Shown here: positions 61,001 to 64,000 of the stretch, one piece after another | Numbering within the stretch: the stretch's first letter is position 1 | Layout of the letters: the number at the start of each line of letters is the position of its first letter | IMG/VR virus record: IMGVR_UViG_3300028734_000015 | Origin: an uncultured virus (IMG/VR IMGVR_UViG_3300028734_000015) | Lineage: Duplodnaviria; Heunggongvirae; Uroviricota; Caudoviricetes | Length of the DNA stretch: 64,000 nucleotides | Reading direction: 5' to 3' (one strand) | Program-made: the position numbers and the translations under genes | Notes under the pieces: model-generated | What the model was told of the DNA's origin: nothing | What the model saw: only the letters and a program-made list of their open reading frames with translations | The model's database searches: none

Positions 61001-62446
61001 TTTAATAATACATTTATATATAATAAATTAAATAATAGTGCTGGATTATCTAAAAATTTGAGTCAAGGCGTATTCTTTAGGTCTACTAAATCAGTGGAAA
61101 TGTCTACGGACAGGATCCTTGATGCAATGGGCAGACGAAACTTAGATAATAGAGATATAATTACTAAGATCAGTAAGTATGTTGATACTAAATTAAAGTC
61201 TGACTTTTTTGATAAACTATCTAAAGAAAGGGAGGTTAATGTCCCTAAAATGTTCTTTGGTGAACATACTATGGCAAAAAGATTATTCTCTATTCAACAA
61301 CGATTTCCAGAAGACGTAAAATCTAATTACTTTTTAAGAGGAATGTCTGCTGAGATATATAGTAGACTTGAAGCAGAAAGACCTGATCAAATTAGGCCTA
61401 GGGATAATAATACCAATGAACCTGGGCTAACTGAAAAGCTAAAACAACATTATAGTTCTGCTCTTGATAGTGACAATACTGAAATGTCAGAATTTGCTAA
61501 AGATTTCTTACTGTATCAGTTTTACAGTACTGGAGACAATTATGCCTCAAATACCGTTAAGATATCTGAATATGATAGACGTGATACTGGTTATTATAGA
61601 TTTATTGCTGATAAACTAGATGAGTTAAGTAGTAATGATAATGAGGCATTAACCATACCAGACATAGTAGATATATTTGAAAATAGATGGTATGATGAGG
61701 ATTTAGTCCCTACGGTTCAGCATTTTGGATATACTCAAGAAGGAAAGGTTTTTATGCCAAAGATAGACTCTACAAAAACAATTAATGGTGTTCAATATCC
61801 ATTGGCATTCTTTAATACAAATGCATTTCCACTATCTGGATTAGGTAATATAGAAGAGAATAGACCATTTGTTAAGATTCAAATGTTTCCAAAAGAAGAT
61901 CAACCATTTTATGTATTATATAGATTATATGGTACCTCTAGCGTTGAAGGTCAATCATTCCCAATCCCAATGTATATAGCAATAGATAAAAAAGGTTCTA
62001 AAAAGAATGCATTATCTATGATAGAGCATAATGTAAATCATTCTATGGTTAAAAACAATATACTTCCTGAGTCATTCAGTAGTAAGAATAGGATTGGAGC
62101 ACAAGAGTATGGAGAAGCCGCATCAATGGCCGGTCAATATAATGGACTATATGCTAATGTAAAACCATCTAATATACTTACTTTTGATTTGAAAAACAAA
62201 GAAATTATATCAAATATAGAAAGTGTAGTTGAGCCCACTGTAACTGATGTAGTTAATGAGCCAAATAAAGTAGAAGAGACTACATTCACAGTAGAGGATA
62301 TGCCTAGTGATGGCATTGATAAAAAGCAAATAGAAACTATAAATGAAGGCTTTAAAAGGTCAGGATTAAAAGAAATGACAGAAGAACAATTTAATAGCAT
62401 GGATAAAGACCTGCTAGAGTCACTTAAAGCCTGTTTTGGCGCATAA
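49067..62446 (+). CDS. Giant virion RNA polymerase / cargo protein (4459 aa)
   Basis: YRIPTQG and GSDFDVDK (DxDxD at 59879-59893); zincin-like HETYH at 55466-55480. Confidence 0.88.
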   Translation: MNITKEDIRKALGSGSLKWSDIASMPSRDNKSYGEQDADKRSEIERQKTETAVAPSKVAVSAPAKPTQSIVNTPDKFDPVANSTSSEIKGPLPQESQSAVSKSTDLIQNQYPADRYNTRNLAGQSFKQFASSLYDNQLFKINDNIQNNIKPFVDLSNTLKDNANNPDLYELLNTYQNKRTQSVLFDPVKTDVNDPTSLRQLDNWEVPQHLTELNTKVGPQLEKWSNIDENSDKGLPKLSEVMAGKNINNTSAGNNWYKTSIDNLNKEYSDSTDNVAITQQSKNLTIANDEDKPDDISTVNENTPPITAANISVDKLSHDSLNSSGVKPVNDYLIKNKSSVAASIANASTPDAISGSGNQNQKPSPYDIVSNSNISMPFNSNKIYNSNIGDDTLFGSIRKSSDVVSNYINKGASDQLKVGYGVQKPEGVKFGSMWLAPEAKLGAEGKTGKLEKQDYPISDWVSQNVSEGLGQALRGIAIGTETIPDKFVATISDISRIRMTSAAANARVGLLTDPEGNAIPTFLGDKENKTLSDIYSEGAKQSKASTVEHLTNVSKAESQLPDTWQAKAGGIVPLAAVTIGGILSGQPEVVGAGVTASFVGTGYADALNLANNYEKETGKPISDDTKSALGIGTALIYSLPLGKLSSGLGGIIKKTPLKAVQESVFNFISKNPEVVSEAGKGVFKTFADQMPGAIKSFATTAGKGALHSVATMEGIGVAQNLLNEAIIGKHTDAEGWMDTFRSGLETGLMFSLATVPFAHASYAARSAMFKRATDSNGDVSLSVTNDGRAVYVHPKTGEDKTFGTTVDGKRVELNDDEIKRTFTMTSQHLKDELDSYKKTKTVNPDIEKNALENRVRTALSGLSVDGMIPIVRSPEKGMQIVTGESANGSALGVNLSGEKDYISKEAIPENAKFNDVYNELMAQYDKNKTTTEQNKPTSDTAVPPTQISPSETLTSSFSSTIESEPSAPIAVSGISNDSRYQPDALHNNAMIHLSDGMSSDMTNSVINAGVLRDMQMHDRIKKTSSYIDASNNGKENATLKYLEKLAKNPPVGIDPEDINNELKLAKNTLSVYKDKSVMGYANRAGGVGSENHKLLTSLIIDHDNSAKQFDDVKNELLTSYNKQKNDYAPISEMADRYADYVKPDVVPLVSPVALFDALSNFESLKDINIQNDSKNEHAVRKNKIINYELSKKKQEAAILAHNELANYGIIDRSEKDNVSFDELSKQIDSLNLPSMDKNAIQTLALSHISDISGKYESTMSKLLTNKKVGYTGSKTMDSKHHDIFVDKLLDSYRDSRKKEIDSENTKQIVDDIKLEGNVVPEPTGEYHSSSDIITPSIDNIKPQDTFTQEVPPVSPYEESQIPKPVTEVTPPVNTESPTGPEKVTPPIQADTIASEVKDEKGSVVSTDISSDDESVVDEVSDIDRLINQLNQDSIIVDQKPDLPDTINETYDNKEVLNAVESSVEFKSILDNEDTEAFNQLVEELPGLVSSNSIKHDRISHTLFANVEIPSIREFLMDPVAFKSAEVRIIVNKHNSGIGDTYSFKSGGLSITGNDFVGPNNYDPNDQLTWDNAYIKVEIKYKKGKEVRTIAFNMKNPGEREQVVEKNGMLKYSSDEIQSLRDFRNSIITEQLKVIADNSLQLRMLGGLDRGISKLALNRTSEGKAIQRGLHEVVGLLDEPDVNKLGLTNLTLAYGRGEKGSNLVVSLFETIGTSVNENAGSIFITKTEPFDANSERKIKVNKKKVNTDPEMADLVYKLAIDMFGSNARQITLSPSGKVIETNTTSPYGLTPASLLYRMVGFGDVTKMSSDSTKSFLEDKQFYVDNGILHYGTEKIAVNTIGAKQKLEILEFINNNLTWTINKDDLWNRENNTDNLVSDIFPGIKAFFDRNPNENSVDFTKQFSINRSDVGITWTAWLIKNKKLTSDIADGVFEPPYLFMTNVVAVSNGAEKITPVNNGAYNTSVTLVDKPIMDPTILGKEPSVVVDNTKSAKQLEIDAAKINYENRLKSSHGGQGPKLLYENALREIDLKYSNPEKPVLPNDIVLPKIITTPSAKSLDEFDDFGATRMIDDSKQVVDFIDTEKSIKFIKSKLGDDFDVKVLEDVISLHNGESAMGLSSDGKIDLYKLAEKGTDFHETYHVASLLLIPRSRRMAIYDSVRTSNESMKYATDKEIEEYLAEKFRERILSNNVDSENGTTVNIAFRKIYNAFNALRNFKDRDIERLYKDIERGVLKGVKPSYYNKEAFTSKYEDNAGAPRRFKEAGLQSIKTVEAKDKLVNSLTYYLFEISGIQTIDDINKLDYQGLKSSLLASAEKIKDNPDEIARYSLYKEAYDRFDDYFLPAIKAEVKNTGITEFTPKDDSVEDGIVGREVQEHDKASYEISKRDNIRAEVKFFIRTIPETIIKDNSAVVVRDPISKFPSFVEFELAWNTMIYELHKETTPDSMKKKIETLAHEKKNPFFIMLENRLSKMDDNFITKFWNTMYSHRHDYVNTVYNSNSAKPDSEYNRSIRNISSNIDRATRVLPILWGQNMMSGGYLYTVTDDGLVFNKSNAESIISRYKELSKSITKMSSTEDANKALDSFIDLLNAASIDVDMDTMEWIIGNNFPGFTRSRAVSILMNDYKDTAKIFTTILPQIIKDNGGKNRVKINELTPKVLLGGEKSINNYAKVYAQTHPNPQEVMVPGADGSNLYQISSRNFVTDVIDKISNNPEYLKNMLDVPINQGSILLNQIKNGTSKGISFGTFVKIYEEGVADQGRDYFDISPMEDYVIKMSNLLDSNITLPAMADKKTYGFIFGIKMPDMVSSDKGSQKMSWNGNTISYPSEVIDIFNGYYLSEFNSIKQAWAKYKEENGNKKNLINNYHYDNSGKWAAGHGNGLRFRYFDSLYINSKAVGDEYNGFVDLNGYIDKVIVTRGPIIGNDAAMDEAIQRLDKKFFSESYENKSKMISSTITAATKFEMDYAEEIGLISRTTSEYTATMAREGVNVGDIVKSTMYENKALDAALYNSNVADYIKAGVAPKDANMVAITNILANTAINSIISEFETDKLISKDLAYYKGSDDKTKRLSSVLSTGTALRNSFPEGHPLNGITSFNVAEISDSIIKSTEIDEIKNKSYAAQINKLLIQSGKSRIPNLSELYSNPGMKSELDAVRSSNKAIFDIGEKIIDNQSKAYEKVNVTDATVYISPYMYRSIMTRLGEDYFTPKVEEAFKLLESDDLSWMDDADTYEKVSQLALHPLKMVYFGDSFESGLNVPKLDKMAMFLLPKFMATGDLRNLYERMNNPKIGQQKIDMAPFSSAVKTYNDNPIAIYTGEDGSVMSTLDDIKVAQQSFEFLRHQLPTTPHEGATMAVATQVQKAAMGNIISDVVYPNITINGKNDVTGTQLKQEWVSALNELSDRGKADIEKEFGLKFGEDGNYEFNTKKMYDFLAIESENSGMPSDVTEMLASFDPANPKDMPLQALVDGAFVESKILSHILKSTVDVNTPGGMFIQMTPFGLKSFDNTNTQYKINGGNKLKFYNPDGSMDVVISITMFKDILPSDLNTHNAKIQWLLDNNIIGENSATCAIGYRIPTQGLSSIISAKFVDCLPEFMGDTIIMPDEFTALTGSDFDVDKLYISRYNFVKSGDKFIKAQMDDSKENKFQTNSAKAIQNRFIDVMLAVVSNPDSINETRIPLDAVTDPVKSALKEIDKCNKDDMINIPFAKSRLSYESRKKMEYASGKGGIPTFALAGVHHVLTQIAGLKFKDNNVVSKFGLEDIAKINGSDGLRILDWLSAMVNAHVDVAKDPYIIRMGVNQGTYKMTALLLRAGYGEKTFFFLSQPSLKDIYKVLARKGSEYLTGNRNSDKSSIDKEVNNMIAFYKKKAKETAKSSFDQKKLENLYEENDKGFVKIHNENAFNKNTLINNMARTNVTGFDHYYGQLVVLETYKELSKYASALSELVKYSQVDTKKAGNAFSAQRLFADKVNEIMMDPNSLFANVGDFFNNTFIYNKLNNSAGLSKNLSQGVFFRSTKSVEMSTDRILDAMGRRNLDNRDIITKISKYVDTKLKSDFFDKLSKEREVNVPKMFFGEHTMAKRLFSIQQRFPEDVKSNYFLRGMSAEIYSRLEAERPDQIRPRDNNTNEPGLTEKLKQHYSSALDSDNTEMSEFAKDFLLYQFYSTGDNYASNTVKISEYDRRDTGYYRFIADKLDELSSNDNEALTIPDIVDIFENRWYDEDLVPTVQHFGYTQEGKVFMPKIDSTKTINGVQYPLAFFNTNAFPLSGLGNIEENRPFVKIQMFPKEDQPFYVLYRLYGTSSVEGQSFPIPMYIAIDKKGSKKNALSMIEHNVNHSMVKNNILPESFSSKNRIGAQEYGEAASMAGQYNGLYANVKPSNILTFDLKNKEIISNIESVVEPTVTDVVNEPNKVEETTFTVEDMPSDGIDKKQIETINEGFKRSGLKEMTEEQFNSMDKDLLESLKACFGA

Positions 62447-62456
62447 AATAATATAT

Positions 62457-64000
62457 ATGAAACATTGTGTTAATATACAATCAATTGCGTTTAAAACGCT
62501 TGTAAATGAGTCTGAGACACACCCTATAATGCTTGCTGCAAAAATGGGTGTGTGGATGGATAGAAACAATACTGATGAGTGGCCAAATTTAGAGCAACTA
62601 AACGAGTTAGGCAATTTAGATATGATAAGTCCAGTTGTCAGTAAATCTGGTTTCTATCCTAGTTTGCCAAATAAAAGTATTGATGACCTATATAATAAGA
62701 ATTTATCGGTAATGCAAACTGCTGTAAATTCACTAAATAAGGAGTATTATAATAAGTTTATATCAAAGACAAAATTTAATCAATTAACTAGAAAGTATAA
62801 TAAATTTGACAAATCAAACATAGAAGTATATATTGTAGATAATAAATCTGCAGATTTTATTAATCCTAGTGATGTTTCTGTTAGATTTAGAGTAAAAGAG
62901 TCTTCAATTCAATTGGCATATGCCTCCGCAGTAAAGTCTAATAATGAAATTGCCAATACCCCATTTTCTGATTCTGAAAAGATAAGTATGGCTACTGATA
63001 AGCCTAAATCTATTATATCTCCAGAACAAACAGAGATAAATTTTGATGCTAAATTAAATTCATCTCAATTGGGAATAGCTAATCCAATGTCAAATTCTAC
63101 TATAAATGTAGTATCTAATATTGCCGATAGATTTAAAACTAGATTTGGAATTGGATATGAAGTAGTTTCACCAGAAGAAGCAGTTCGTTTATATAATGAA
63201 GGGTCTCCAGATAGTAAATACATAAAAGGTAACAATGGATTACTAGGATTCTATGATTCAGAAAAGAATATGTCTTATTTAGTATCAAATAGACTTAGTG
63301 CTAAAACTACTATGCACGAAATGTTTGGACATCCATTCTTAAATATGCTTAAGAACAACCCAGATTTAGTACATATATATAATCAGTTAGCATTAGAGGC
63401 AGTTGCTCATTCCGATGAACTGTCGGATATAACAAAATTATATAGTAACTATTCGTCTCCTGAAAAATTAGACGAACTAATAAACACTGTGTTAGAGGAT
63501 AAGTTTACTAGGAAGTTAAAAGAACTAAATAATATATCTACATCTGATGGAAAGTCTAAATCTAGATTTAGCAAATTACTTGATGCTATTAGTAATTATT
63601 TCAAACAATTTAGTAAATTCATTAATAAACTTTTCGATAAATCTAATCCAATAGAAGAAATCAGGCCTGATGCTACGATCGATAATCTTGCTGATTACTT
63701 GATATATGGAGATGGTAAATTAAACTTAATAGGGGGAGAGCAGGCAATAAGAACTGAGTCTGAAATAAGTAATCTATTATCTCATATCGATGCTAAACGT
63801 TTTGATGAGTTTAAACAAAGAAAAATAACACTTAATGAAGCTATTAAATTTAATGATGATTTAACTAGAGAATTAGTAAACCAAAATTTAGTTGATACCG
63901 GAATATATGATATAGATTTTACTAGGAAAAACTTACTATCTAAATTATCATATGTAGATTTTGATAATAAATCTATAGAATATTCTAGTGGGAATAAGAT
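62457..64000 (+). CDS. Large cargo-type protein, partial (runs off right edge)
   Basis: ATG at 62457 (MKHCVNIQS...); in-frame MHEMFGH zincin-like motif at 63312. Confidence 0.8.
   Translation, partial: MKHCVNIQSIAFKTLVNESETHPIMLAAKMGVWMDRNNTDEWPNLEQLNELGNLDMISPVVSKSGFYPSLPNKSIDDLYNKNLSVMQTAVNSLNKEYYNKFISKTKFNQLTRKYNKFDKSNIEVYIVDNKSADFINPSDVSVRFRVKESSIQLAYASAVKSNNEIANTPFSDSEKISMATDKPKSIISPEQTEINFDAKLNSSQLGIANPMSNSTINVVSNIADRFKTRFGIGYEVVSPEEAVRLYNEGSPDSKYIKGNNGLLGFYDSEKNMSYLVSNRLSAKTTMHEMFGHPFLNMLKNNPDLVHIYNQLALEAVAHSDELSDITKLYSNYSSPEKLDELINTVLEDKFTRKLKELNNISTSDGKSKSRFSKLLDAISNYFKQFSKFINKLFDKSNPIEEIRPDATIDNLADYLIYGDGKLNLIGGEQAIRTESEISNLLSHIDAKRFDEFKQRKITLNEAIKFNDDLTRELVNQNLVDTGIYDIDFTRKNLLSKLSYVDFDNKSIEYSSGNK

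Noticed and set aside
8361..62614. Many short minus-strand ORFs opposite the plus-strand genes, and plus-strand ORFs in 653-5835
   Set aside because: Antisense shadows of real genes with no recognisable motifs

Overview
This AT-rich 64-kb window is part of a crAss-like (Crassvirales-type) phage genome read in the standard genetic code. The host is probably Bacteroidota, inferred from A-rich leaders lacking Shine-Dalgarno sites and from FISUMP/Lcl domains. Bases 1-5.9 kb carry small minus-strand early-type genes, interrupted by a tRNA-like element and a ~1.75-kb ORF-free, hairpin-dense region. Bases 5.9-7.2 kb are a structured strand-switch region with two different repeated promoter-like motifs. 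The plus-strand block then runs: GroES-like, RNase HI, IHF-like, zincin, degenerate dUTPase, two PD-(D/E)xK nucleases, terminase, portal, scaffold-like, major capsid, a 5-gene accessory cassette, ring and auxiliary capsid proteins, tail fibre, lysis genes with a GH19 endolysin, a split muzzle, cargo proteins and a 4459-aa virion RNA polymerase. A further giant gene runs off the right end. The best-supported oddity is a LAGLIDADG intein plus an ORF-less group I intron 10 nt apart at the terminase nuclease site. The most novel-looking signal is the set of candidate structured non-coding RNAs. All family calls come from motif recognition and synteny by eye; no searches were run.
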